Of a stretch of DNA of 64,000 nt, positions 12,701 through 25,075 are shown in pieces; position 1 is the first letter of the stretch, and each line of letters starts with the position of its first letter. The position numbers were made by a program, and so were the translations under genes. The DNA comes from Lingula anatina (taxonomy: Eukaryota; Animalia; Brachiopoda). Under the pieces are notes generated by a model. It searched no databases, had not been told where the DNA came from, and saw nothing but the letters and a program-made list of their open reading frames with translations. The stretch is taken from the NCBI GenBank assembly GCA_051362555.1, contig CM120647.1, positions 11,570,651 to 11,634,650 on the forward strand, in the 5' to 3' direction.

Positions 12701-14870
12701 GATGATTTTTTGGGGTATGATGTATGCTGGAACGGGTACAGGTACATGTAGAGGGATAATAAATAGTTTAAATAAACTAAATTTTAGTGTTTTGTGTTCT
12801 TCAGTACTTGCACCTGTTCACCTGTACCTGTGTATATTACATGTATACCAGTAGCTAGAGCACTTACCACATAGTCCATTATTGCAGGGGTTAGCTAGAT
12901 ACTGATTGCTTGGACAATTGCTACAGGGTGTGCCAGAATTATAGGGGCTCTGTCCCTGATAATTGCCACTGAAATAATGAAAATAGAATAATAATAATAA
13001 TATTTAGGTATGATAACATATGATAGTGCAAATAGTACACAAACATATGAGGTCATGTTTACACACAAATAGAATGAAGTGATGACTCAGAGGGGAGTTG
13101 ATGTCACAAAGACTGGACGTAATGTCACAAGGACAGGACATGATGACACAGACAGAGCGTGATGTCACACAGACATGGCGTTATGACACAGACAGGACAT
13201 GATGTCACACAGACAGACAGACAGATTGTACACAATTGTATTTATCTTGTATAATGTTAAATATACAAAGTGACTTTCTCGTCGCAAAGTGAACGCACAT
13301 AAACTCTTGCTGTAAAGATGGTAAGGCGTTGCAGAATGATTAATGAACGTGAATTTCCCTTTGTTGTTTAGAAATAAAGTTGGTTTTTTTTTTCACCTCC
13401 CCGTTCTACTAAAAATTAGCAGGGGTTGGGAGGCCGGCTGCGCGTGCACTTACCCGGGGTAGTAATTACAGACGACGATCCAGTAATATGGAAACTGGGC
13501 TCCGCAGGGGGAAACACCTTGACACGCAGAATACGCACAACCCAGTCTAAAAGAATTGGCCCATGCCACCTATGTAAAAACATTTAAAAATGCTATTCGT
13601 TTTAAAGTTTGTACAAATTCATCACCAGTCCTGATGCATTAAATTAAGTCTATCACCAAAATGTGAGCAATATTTTTCAAAGTCCACAACTGCAACTTTC
13701 TGCCAAATGGGATACCTTTCACAAATTATGATTACATCTAATAACCTTGCTCCGCTAGTGAATAGTGCATGTGATTTCAAAGCACAAAGTCAAAATTTTG
13801 GAAGTACTTATGATACATTATTAATACTAATATTAAATATTAATTGCAAGTATGACATATTCAACCACGTGATAGCAACGTGACAGTCTGAACCCGCCCC
13901 CCTCACCTGTGTGTAGTGTCCACAGACTTTATTGGTGTCACATGTGTCCGTGGCGTAGTTGTAAAACTGGTTCTCGTTAAACCAGGACTGCAGAGCTAAG
14001 CCAGTGAGGTTAGACGGCTTGTTGTTGACGGTGCTGCAGGAGACGTAGAGGTTCTGCCCCACGTACTGGCCGGCGAAGTCAAACGTGCACCCTTGGTTCT
14101 GGTAGGGGGTCAGGTCCGCGTGGGCGTGGGCGTAGATGCACTGGTTTATGTAGTCTTGGCCGTCGCAGTCCGCCAGATCTGGGTCCCACATCTAGATGTA
14201 TTATTAAGCAGTATAATTATCATTGATTGGGGTCATTACTGATCTGATCCATGGAACCGGTAGTTAATAACAAGATATACTGGTATGCCCTGCAAAGCCC
14301 TGCATAAATATCCTAAAATGTCCCCTTAATGTTAAATGAGTTTTTCTCATTTTTTTATTTTTGCTTAACATGTTTTTGATTTTAATTATTAACGGCCCCC
14401 TGAGCTGCCCATGTGCCAGCGTACGTACCATCTGTTTCATATTGGAGGATTGCGGTTGTACCATCCTCCTGGCCTCATTGTGGTAGTTGAGCATCTCTTC
14501 CTTCTCAGAAGCACTGAACAAATTCTCCGGACACTGGCTACACGGAGCCGCCAGGGAGCGCTTCGTTCGCACTTGCGAGTACGAAAATGACATGGAGGCT
14601 GCAAAAGTTTCAAATTTTTTAACATTTAACGATTTAAACGGGTTAAAAGTTTGAAGAAATTGAATGAGTTGTGGTGAAAAGTTAAAATTGCTGGTGATTT
14701 TACAGGGAAACGGTAACAAAACGATGACAAAAACAATTGTACACGCAGATAAACCTGATATTATTTTAATTATAAACAACAGCAAATCAAACCCGTTTAG
14801 ACGTACCTCCATTCACTGTTGCTATGGCAACAAATATAAAGTTCAGCAGAATGCTAGACAGCATCTTCAT
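711..14870 (-). CDS. Secreted CAP (SCP/CRISP/PR-1) domain protein with at least 26 tandem calcium-binding EGF repeats; 3' end not located
   Basis: Manually spliced, all introns GT-AG, frames consistent. Exons: 14870-14807 (signal peptide [21 protein letters not shown]); 14598-14429 (RTKR, HNEAR); 14191-13907 (GQNL, WFNE, CGHYTQ); 13569-13454 ([18 protein letters not shown]); 12968-12868 (GNY..PY hinge); 12275-12237. Then 26 phase-1/1 EGF exons of 123-129 nt: 11964-11836, 11335-11213, 10983-10861, 10647-10519, 10144-10022, 9791-9663, 9302-9180, 8602-8474, 8116-7994, 7763-7635, 7272-7150, 6849-6727, 6495-6373, 6021-5893, 5360-5238, 5042-4920, 4667-4545, 4307-4179, 3862-3740, 3516-3394, 3140-3018, 2715-2593, 2365-2243, 1915-1787, 1328-1203, 833-711. 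Most match D-I/V-D/N-E-C...C-x-N-T-x-G-x-F-x-C. About 1340 codons so far. Confidence 0.93.
8817..9153. mobile_element. MITE with TTAA target duplication (Kolobok-like ends)
   Basis: 18-bp TIR AGGGATAATAACTCTTCG / CGAAGAGTTATTATCACT, with TTAA on both sides. Paralogous introns at about 7965 and 9993 show the empty site (ACTTAACAGTATCC). Confidence 0.85.
11487..11845 (-). repeat. About 16-bp minisatellite derived from the exon/intron junction (TGTGCAG|GTAAGAAC)
   Basis: About 20 degenerate copies of ttcttacctgcacaag on the + strand, directly abutting the real donor at 11835. Confidence 0.85.
12868..14598 (-). other. CAP/SCP domain-encoding exons plus Cys-rich hinge
   Basis: Signature motifs [40 protein letters not shown]. 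Confidence 0.93.
13098..13225. repeat. About 20-21 bp minisatellite (tgatgtcacacagacagga) ending in (gaca)n
   Basis: About 6 degenerate tandem copies visible in an intron of the CAP gene. Confidence 0.75.
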
Positions 14871-17800
14871 CTGAAAAAGTTAATTCAAAATAAGTTAGTT
14901 TTACTATTAAAAATCTAAAAGTGTGCAAGGAATAAAGGAGCATCGGAAGATTTTACTAAATTTTGGTACATTATATATACCCTGTATATATATATATATT
15001 GTTTCACCTTAAAGGATTCTTGAACTGCTCAATTAATTATGATTCTAGTTCAGTTTAACAGAGGGTTCGGTTATTTTGTAAAAGAATTCTGCACAGATCT
15101 TCTCCTCGTTTATCTAATGTATCCATGTTTGGCAATGCGCGAACTTGAACAGACTCTATCTATATTAACAGATATTTTAGCTGACACAGAGGACAAGATC
15201 CAGGGTGTCAAACAAATGCTTAATTGCAAAGCAGACACGGCACACAATCAAACAACCGGCTTAATTTGCTGGTATACAATGTTTACCACATTTTAATGTT
15301 AAAAACCCCGTTGTCTCTATTTAATATTAGCTTGCGAGAACAACAGTTGCAGATCGTGCAAAGTAGAACATCGGATATAGTGGTGGTACAAATCTACATG
15401 TAATTACAGGTCATTATTGTGTATATAGTGGGTTCTTTCGTCTTGGTAAGTGAAGCTTTAACTGCCTTATTAACTCCTACATGAAATCAACTGTCATTTA
15501 CACCCGTATGCTGGTGTAATTGTATCAATTTCCTGGATATTTCCTGGACAATCGACCCATGCTTTGTGGTGATGAGGCATCCAAGTTCGATGCTGAGGGA
15601 AAATTGGATCGTGTTGTTTGTGTGGAAGTAGTTAGATATATAATGTACTGACATGTTATTTATTTTATTAAATACTATACCCATTTTCATTGTTATTTGT
15701 TTATTCTTATATGAACATGTACAATATTCTGCTCGGTAAAAGTCGTTATAAAAACGCAAACAATATAATCCCCGCTTAATTAAAAGTTAAAGTTTCGCTG
15801 GGTTTCTCTTTTTTTTCTCCGATATTTTTTGTCAGCTCCCACTCCTTTTCGCTCCTCATTCGTTAATCTGACCAGGGAATTATTATCCGATATAATTCCC
15901 TGATCTGACGTTAAGTGTAACCCCACTCCCGTGAAACCTTCCTTGACTTTACGGTATGTCGGGGAAAGACCCCTCAAAGTTTCGAAATAATAGCAGTGGG
16001 ATTACTGGGTTCGTGGTTCTCTACACTCCTTTATAAATATCGTGCGGTGCACGTTTTTGTTTCGCACCTTTTTACTGGCCCCTGTATGTAACCACTCAAC
16101 AGTGATTTTACTGCCTTTTACAAAACCTTCTCTTCATCAGATTCAAATACAAGTGAAATTACTCAGTATTTGGAAGCACATCTCGTTGGATAACTTCCTT
16201 AACCGTGATGTCATGGTCCGATTGTAGACGATACTAGTTGTGCATGACCACCCATTATTAGTCGAGAACCAGTGTGATGTCTGTCAGCTATTTGCATACG
16301 AGTTCTATTTTCTCGAGCGAGAATACACCAAGTCGTAAAAAAGTGTTTTCTCCGCTTTTTCCATCATGATCAATATTTATTTAGGGAGATAAGATCCCTG
16401 ACGCATACTATAAGTCTATGAACAGACAATAGATCAAAGTAATGTATTTCTACATGTATGTCGTTTTTACGCCACACGCTATATGTACGGTACATGCATT
16501 AACGAAGCAGGAGAGGGATTTGCCGTTCGGTGTCAAAAACTGGCTGCGGCAATTTTTTTTTTTTTTTTTTTTTGCAATCGGACCATGAAATTGCGACTTA
16601 AGTCATGAATTCGGCGATCACTGGGTAGCGGCTCCAAGTAACAGGTGGCGATTTCAGTTCTCGTGCTTGCCCTCGAGATGAACACAGACATACCTGTAGG
16701 TACATTTACTATAGCCTTTCACAATTGACCTTTTTCTATGCTTCTGATCGTCCAAATTTTAGGCGATAGGTTATAAGGTTTAAATTTTGGTAAAAATGGA
16801 TTCTGACAAAATATTTTATTTATAAATTAAAATGAAAAGCGTCTCACATATAGAAAACATAAAACATAAATGGAGACAGGCCTACATCACAGAATGAAAT
16901 TTTAGTCCAACCAACATAAAAGTGGGCACAGCTATTATTGATAAGAAATGGTACAAATAAGGTACATTTTCACTTCCTGCACAAATGTTTTAGACTGTGT
17001 ATCGTCCTTACCAGTATCAGTTATTTATGATTCTTTTTAGGATCTACATCTCCAGTAGCAACAATTGTTTTTCTACTGGGGTATACATGTACTCCCTACC
17101 AGCGTTAGATGATCAAGGACCTGGGTAGTGTATACATTAACCCCAATGCATTGTAACAAATCTTTAACAGTCTATGATTCCTACCGGTTCATTGTTAAAT
17201 AGGGCAGAAGCTTGTCAATTTTTAACTGTATTAGTTAATAAAGACTTGTGAACAATAGCACGGGTGTTGAGATGAACTGGTCTTTATGTATTTGCTTCTG
17301 CAAAAAAGTTATGTTTACCAGAGTTTTCTCTTTATAGATTTTTTTCAGTCTAACATTCGTTGTTTGTATAATTCTGTGTATTCTGTTATTGTGTTACCCT
17401 TTCCACTGAATATAATGAATGTCTTTATGTCGGAGTGAGTGAGGTACTAGTATTGAATTATTTCTTTATCAATTTGCACCCTTCCTTGAAGTTATGTAGT
17501 TGAAATTCAAGCGATCAGTAATTGAAAAAGTTTAAGTGTTCAAGCGAAAAAATTGCCATGGAAGCAATTGAATCATGACATTGGCATTATTTTTCCAAAA
17601 TGAACAGATTACAAACAATCATTATAATGATAATTTAAGTTGAAATCCGATCTCTCAGAGTTTGACATTATGCAGTTAAACCATTTGCAGTAATTAAAGA
17701 TATAAAGCATAATAACTAAAGTTTGCTGGTAAAATAAAACTATGACAACTCTTCATACAAAATTAATAACCCCACAATAAATACATAGTAAACAGCACAT

Positions 17801-18493
17801 AATAGTATTAGTAATTGCATTTTACCACCAAGCTACGGTTTTCGTAATTATTGTGAAATCCTTGCTGTAGAATAATCCATGTGTACAATGTAAATGAACC
17901 ATTTGTACAATCTTAAGATCAACAACAACAATATTAGTACTAATATCAATAATAATAATATCGCAACCAAAGATATTGGAAGTTCTCTAGTTCGCACATG
18001 TGGATAAAAAATTGCAATTTTTTTTAAATGTCATCGTTACCTTTATTGTTTTCCAAGCTCCTTATTCTTCACCCACTGCTTGTCGACTCTTTTATTTTTA
18101 CTTAAATGGCACTTTTGAAGCGCCGCAGCTAGTCTTATTTTTGAAAAAAAATTTTTTTGCAGGTTTCTTTCGATGTTGGTCCGCTTTTCACCGCTATCTC
18201 CTCGCAACTGCTTTTCTCCAGGAGAGGTCAGTTTATATACGCGTGTTGAGGCAAGGATAAAGGTTACTGACAACGAATGTACGTCACAGATGGTGGCGAT
18301 ACAACGAAATGAAGGACGTAAATAAAGTGGTTACTAGTGTCACGTGTCCCGATTGTCACTGTGATAAGATCGGAGTGAGAAAGCGAGATTACTGTCACAC
18401 CTTATACGCCAGATCCTGTTCACATCAAAATGTATACATGTCATCAGCGCCGGTATATACTGTTCCAATCTCGACCGGAACAGAGGAGGCCGG

Positions 18494-18664
18494 TGTGACA
18501 GAAATGATAGTCCGCTAGGAACAGTAGCCCGCTTTCCATTACTTTGTACAGGTGACATTCGTCCCATATACTAGTACTAACCCCAATACTCCGACTTACC
18601 CTAACCTGTAGTAATCATATGTGATCCCGGAATTCCATTTTTAGGACTTTCCATTCCTGTTACA
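18494..18664. mobile_element. MITE with TGT...ACA ends and 4-bp CCGG TSD (Ginger-like termini)
   Basis: ccgg|TGTGACAGAAATG ... CATTCCTGTTACA|ccgg. Related copies at about 41717-41882 (inverted) and about 12400-12562. Confidence 0.7.
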
Positions 18665-19509
18665 CCGGTTCTCTTTGTGTGCGTGGCAACTCAATATACT
18701 GGCTTTGAAGAAAGAGGGTATTCCTAACTGCGCCCCCCCCTCGCTATTGGCACACCCACCAAAATATCAGGACGCAAAAAATGGGGAGGACCGTGGAGCC
18801 CCGCCCACATCACCCACCCACCCCCACCCCCACCAGCGCCACTCCCAGCCCTAAGCCCGTAGCGTAATTACGTGCTTAGAAGTGTCAAAAACAGCCGACC
18901 CAGTCTAGAACAGTAAAAACACACTGCTCGTATCGAAAACTGCCTTAATTACGCTTGGGCGCTTACTGCCGATGTATGTGGCTAACCAGTGAAATGCTAA
19001 AATTATAGAATGTGACAAATTATAGAGCGTGACAAATGGAAAGTGAATAACTTAATATTTTGAGACAACTGCACCTGAGCAGCAGTACCTCGGGTTTCCT
19101 CATTTTCTACGACAAAATCAATTTTTTTTGGAAATATAGTTTCCCAACTGTGTGTAATATTAAGAACAACACATCATTATCAGGAAAGGATATTTTTCTC
19201 TCTTGAAAACAGTCTTCAATTTTTTTTTCAAACACTCCATGTACTCCTACGTACCCGTAGAATCAAAACATACATTATATCATCTAATTGAAATACATTA
19301 TGTGAGGTGTCTCGATCGGGGAAGTAGATATTCTATCTACAGGCCATCTACTTCCTTGTTTAGACCAAACCTATTTATCACAGGCCCTTTCTGTCTCTTC
19401 GACATTAATATAGTCACTGCCTTGCCTTTTCACTCCAGTGTTATGTTCCTATTTATGAGTAGTATTAAAAAAACAACATTTCAAAAACATCTAACAAGGT
19501 TAGGGGTGG

Positions 19510-19663
19510 CAGGCCCGTAGCCAGCAATTTCTTTTTCTGAAAAAGTGGACCTCTTCCCATAAAAAAATTTATGTACCTAGATCAAATTTTACCAAGAGTG
19601 GACCTTTTCCCAGCAAAAGTGGCGGTTCTTTCGAACCCCCCGAACCCCCTGGCTACGGGCCTG
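19510..19663. mobile_element. Short MITE, CAGGCCCGTAGCCAG family
   Basis: Perfect 15-bp TIR CAGGCCCGTAGCCAG / CTGGCTACGGGCCTG with a 5-bp direct repeat ggtgg on both sides. Confidence 0.8.
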
Positions 19664-22600
19664 GGTGGGGTACCTCTCCCTATCATAGAATTTTACGATA
19701 TAGGTAACATTTCGAAAATTGATATCTACAGTATATAATCACGGCACGACACAATACATGCGTGGGCGGTGGTCGATAATGTGGAAGGGCTTCAGGGGTT
19801 CGGTCCAACCCCTCCCCACCCACCCCACCCCCTGAATGAATTTTCATGATAAAATGTACACGATTCAAGTAAATCGAACACCCCCCCCCCCCTTCAATAG
19901 GACACATGTACCGGTACTGGTCGTCAGCACTGCACCCCATTGCTGGCTCATCAATAACATTGACCGATTGTTATCTCATGCCATACCCTATGCTATTTAT
20001 AATAATAATAATGGCCTTTTTCACGCAGTGGCAGCCCCCTGACACAAAAGCCAATTATTAACCTGCGTCCACCGAAGTTAATTAGTAGTTGGTCATCCTT
20101 ATGGTCTGAGAATATCTTTGGCTGTTGTTTCTTATCTAAGCTCATCTACGCTGTCAATCAAGTTGTTTGCCAACTTTCACAGGTGTACATGTATGTCTAC
20201 AGGTATATGTAGCTGCAAAAAAAGTTTTTTCTCTGACGCTCATATAGGATAACAAACCAGCACACCACGTGTGCTAGGGTCGCATGAAAAATGTTTAAAG
20301 AGTTATCTAACGAGCCATGTATTCGACTTTCGGTGTCAATTTTGCCGCTTCACCGCAAAATGAATGTATTGTCTTGCAATACCTTTCGCAACTTATGATT
20401 GTTTTTCATAGTCTACAGTCACTTCTAATTACCGCGGTGAGTTAAAATACGAGATTGTCACTAAATATATATCCAAACTGTAAAGTTTAACTAGAAAAAA
20501 TTAATTTGTAGATGGTAAATTACGATCAGTGAGCACTGGAGCCGCTTATAATTTCTTATACTGAGTATACAAGTTTAAGTTGTAGTCATTGGCGCTTCTT
20601 TGCAAGTGCGTTTATCGCCTTTATAATGACTAACGATTACCGAAACGAGTAAAAATTTGAATTTTACGTGTCTAAAAAAATGTGTTAGTTTTAACGATTG
20701 AAATCAGTTCTTATAATCAACCCAGGGTGTTTGACACAAAAAATATTCATAAATGCGATCAATAAGGGACTCTTTAATGCGACAAAAAAGCAATTCATCG
20801 TTTTTTTTAAATTGCGACTTTTATCTTTTAACATGAAATTGGTAGCGAAGTAAAGGTGTTTGGTGAATTTTTCATGGACTTGTTTTACGATCTGTAACAG
20901 CTATCACAAAAAATGTGCGAATGGCGTCAAGTACACCAACTGACTGCTTGTGTGCAGCACATAGGCGTAAAATGCTTTCTTTATGTACGCCAAGTTTTAC
21001 TTTTAATCAGCAATTCTCTATTGAGCACGATAAAAAAAGTGCCCAAAATGGGTCCTGTGGCGTTCAACGCCATCGACCTAAACCGATTATGGCGTGGAAT
21101 GGTGGACCGCCAGTCGTGTATGCAAAATACGGGCATAAATCTTATTTTACAAAAAAATCTTCATAGATAAAAAAAAAAAATGGTTTTATTAGAACTATAT
21201 TCTTTATTTTATAAATATTAAATTTTAATGGTTCCGTTCACTTTTTATTATTTTTTTAATGTTATTTTGTACGAGTACAATAACTGATGTATATTAAGCG
21301 AGTACTTTTGTCCAATTATTGTCGCTAAAACCGACCTAAAAGTTTCGAATAGGATAACGTTAAGGATTTCCATAGAGTTTAATGACATTTGATTCTCTAA
21401 AAAAGATGTTTCCACAGATATAATCTGCTTACAATTTCTGCACCTTACGGAATGGAGGGGAAATAAGTAGGTCAAGTTGACATGAATTGAAGGAGGTGCA
21501 GCTTAAAGCCTTTCATTACGGTCCTGGATCTTAAGCTCATATTTTTATTTATTTTTATTCACCATTTTGGGATCAATGGCTTTTAATCTCTACACATACT
21601 GGTAGCAACTCTAATAATACACACAAAAAAAATAAATAAATAAATAAAAATAAAATAAATAAATAAATACGCACCAAACACGTTTATGGCATAGGAACAC
21701 GCACTAATAAATTATATCCAGTAGAGTGCATTTACTCGCTTTATCTTTTAAGGCATTTTCTATTGAAAATCGTCCCTTTTTTTGGATAAACTTTACATAT
21801 TTTATTAACTTGGAAAAAAAAAGAGGTGAGTCTAAACTAGCTCCACTCCACCCACTCCCTTTTTCCAACAGCAACATGACATATTTATTTACTACAAGGC
21901 AAAGGTAGTGTGTAATCATATGTAATTATATGTACCAGTTGCCAAAGCTTGCGTTGCTTTCGGCAGATTATATGTCCCGTCATTTGTAGCTTTTGTTCAC
22001 CTTCGCGTTCATGGACACCTGTGGTTGCACGATGATGCGTTTTGAACAATTGCATCTCTTCTCACCCTGCACTGTGACAGGCAGCACGCCAATACTGAAT
22101 AACGGGTTAAATGGCCACGATATCCGACACTGTCACCTAGCCGTGAAATTTCACTCTTTCCGTGTCGGTACAGAAATACTAAGGTGCTGTTACAACAAAG
22201 ATGTGTTTACTTTCTCAGCTGTTCATTGAAGTTTTATTTTTGTCTTTTTTCTGAACGAAATCTCAGCCAGATGGCTCGATAAGAAAAACACAAACCCGAT
22301 CTTATCTGTACTCCAATTTAAATGTCAGTGGTCATCTTTCAGTCTCCATACTAGATATGTGACGTCGCCAAGTTTCCGGGTTGACCTTTCTGTACTGTGT
22401 GTACCGGTGATTGTATTAGAGTGTGTGGTGTATAGAGGAATATACTCTTGACCAAAAGCTCGCCACACCTGTAATATTATTTTTTGTAAACAAATTTTTG
22501 GATTTATTTTAAATTGTGATATGTATTCCGCATACCATATCTTACCCGTACATGCCTATGGTATTCGTAGAGTGTACAGTGTACGTGCACCAAAATAGTA

Positions 22601-22711
22601 TATACATGTACTCAAACAAAATCTTGAATAAGACTATTGGAACATGTGTAAACAATGCCTTTTTATCAAACGTTGAAATATACATCATGCAGCCGCAAAA
22701 AGCTGAACGGT

Positions 22712-22822
22712 AGTGGGTGTGGGTATAAAGGGGTGTGGTTATAAAGGGGTGTGGGTATAAAGGGGTGTGGGTATAAAGGGGTGTGGGTATAAAAGGGTGT
22801 GGGTATAAAGGGGTGTGGGTAC
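22712..22822 (+). repeat. 16-bp G-rich minisatellite (ggggtgtgggtataaa)n
   Basis: About 6.5 near-perfect tandem copies. Confidence 0.9.
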
Positions 22823-23276
22823 ATTTATAACGGGATGGGGTGTAAGGTGGAGTTGGGAGGGTAAAACGTATATCTTCATTCAAAAAACATTTAATTTCTG
22901 CTCTGCCAACTGTCACGTGAGTATGCAAACAACAGTTATTATTTAGAATTGTGAAAAACGGTCACCATTGCAGCCCCTAGCATCTGGAATGACCTTCCAC
23001 TGCGTATGCGATCAACTGTTTCAATGGATGTTAACTCTTATAATTTAACAATATTATGATTAATTTTAAGATTGACGTTGAAAAAATGATGTTAAATGTA
23101 TTCACTGGACTTTTATTGACATTTTTAAGAAAAAGGTGAAATTCTAAAAAGTAATGTTGTTCCAGTTTTATCTACACAGCTGGTAGTTTTCTGCAAAAAT
23201 TGACAATTCCAGATGACATGGTTTATTATTGTACCTGGTGCACAGACCTGAACGTAAATTGACTGTTTTTAATTAA

Positions 23277-23277
23277 C

Positions 23278-23318
<41 letters not shown>

Positions 23319-23360
23319 TTTGTTATTATAATAATAATTATTATTATTATTATTATTATT
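23277..23360. repeat. (TTA)n microsatellite
   Basis: Directly visible, interrupted. Confidence 0.9.
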
Positions 23361-23497
23361 GTATCATGGGTTTTATCTTTCTGTGTTCGCAACATTATCG
23401 TTATGATACGTAACAAACAGATGGGGGGGGGAGGGGGAGAGCCCCTTCTCCTTTAACTTCGGCACCCCACGTTTCCAATTCCCTGTCCCCCATGTGG

Positions 23498-23634
23498 CAG
23501 GCCCGCAGCCAGCATATTCAAAAGGGTTGTTCTTTTTCCCAAAAAAAACGGACTTTTTACAATGAAACTTTTGTGTACCTAGATAAAATTTTACCCAGGA
23601 TGAACATTAACCTCCCCCCCCGGCTACGAGCCTG
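23498..23634. mobile_element. Short MITE, same family as 19510-19663
   Basis: CAGGCCCGCAGCCAG ... CCGGCTACGAGCCTG, 5-bp TSD tgtgg, shared internal gtacctagat(c/a)aaattttacc. Confidence 0.75.
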
Positions 23635-24863
23635 TGTGGTATATTTAAGCTGGCACAATCCCTTTCTTTTGCTGCCTTTTCTATAGATAAGTGTGACGAT
23701 GATTTGCGTAAGAGGGAGTAAAATTTTCGGCTACACGGATCAAACTACATGAACACTAGGGATCAAAAAGGTTTCCCACCTCCAGTTCCGTTTGTTTTTG
23801 TTTACAAATGATCACCTTACAACTGCAAACCAGTTTAAAGTGTTTTTTCTACTTTAGTAGTCATATCTAACGTGAATCATGGTACAGAAAATACAAAATA
23901 CCGGTAAAGATATCCATATTTTATATCATTTAATTCGTATTTACAGTATGCATCCCCACAAACCAAAAATCTTGTTTTTGGTGAAGGCATGCCGCGCCAC
24001 CTGCAGGAGATAATTGCTGTGAAGTTAGCCTGCTTGTATTGTTGACCTTCAACGTCTCGCCCCTCTCAACTCTCATTCCCCTTCCTTCCCCCTTCAAGCA
24101 TTTTATGAGAATCAGTTATGTATTGGACGGTGGTGTATACACTTGTAATACCTGTTGTGGCTAAAACTTTCACAGCGACGAGAATTTTTGTAAAGTTTTT
24201 TTCCCGGCCTTGCGCTAACTGCTATAAAGTTTTGTTTTGTTTTTTTTAAATTTTGAAATAAATTCACTGAAGGGCCTATACTTTAATTATAAATTGACAA
24301 AAATGTAGATACAAAATCGGTCTTTAGTTCAATGCCTCAGATTCAAATTGAGCAGACAGTCGATGTTTGGGTTACCAGTATATCCCATTATGATATACGG
24401 TATATATGAATATTGGTTCACAAACCGTTCACTCTTAGGTAGTTCTAAGCAGACAGAGTCACTTTGGTCTTAAATGCTTTAATCGTGAATAAACCAGCAT
24501 TGTTAACGTACATGAAATTTTTTCAAAATCGAAGTCATTGGTAGAATTTTGGTAATTTCTCTGTTAAAGCTCTCCCCCCGGACTAGGGCTGGCTGTAGAG
24601 TTCTCCACTTCATGAGGTCTAGGCAGCTCCAGGATTGGCTGGGACACACGAATTCCCGCTGAGGCAATATGGCATGCAGCTGGTGTCATGCCTGAAAATG
24701 GCATTGTTAAACAATTGTTTTAGAGCAGTTTGACGTTAACAACGGTGAGAATTTCGATGCACTCATAAATCGGGGGATAAGTTTAAGCTGTGCATCTGCG
24801 AACAAAGAAGGCCAAAATATGAGCTACTCCAGGCGCATGATATTTGAAATGTACTGTGTTTAA

Positions 24864-25075
24864 GGCTTCGTTCACATTAAAAATCTTTTTTCTAAAAATC
24901 TATTTTCTATTAGCGGTATCTTGTGATCACGGTCTGTGCCCTGAATACCCCGCGGCGTAATTACTGGCAGCGCGAGCCAGTTACTTCCAAAGCTGTAATT
25001 AATTCGGAGTGATCAGAAGATACCGCGAATAGAAAATAGATTTTTAGAAAATAGATTTTTCATGTGAACGGAGTC
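24864..25075. mobile_element. Tourist/PIF-Harbinger-like MITE
   Basis: About 65-bp imperfect TIR (GGCTTCGTTCACAT...GTGATCAC versus GTGATCAG...ATGTGAACGGAGTC), TAA on both sides. Confidence 0.8.

Noticed and set aside
14264-14812. 182-aa ORF with a hydrophobic N-terminus suggesting a membrane anchor
   Set aside because: Only 14598-14429 is exon; the rest is intron. The real signal peptide is in exon 14870-14807.
15480-16330. Slightly GC-richer stretch upstream of the CAP gene that looks like decayed coding sequence
   Set aside because: Multiple stops in the frames I read and no recognisable motif; cannot be supported without a search
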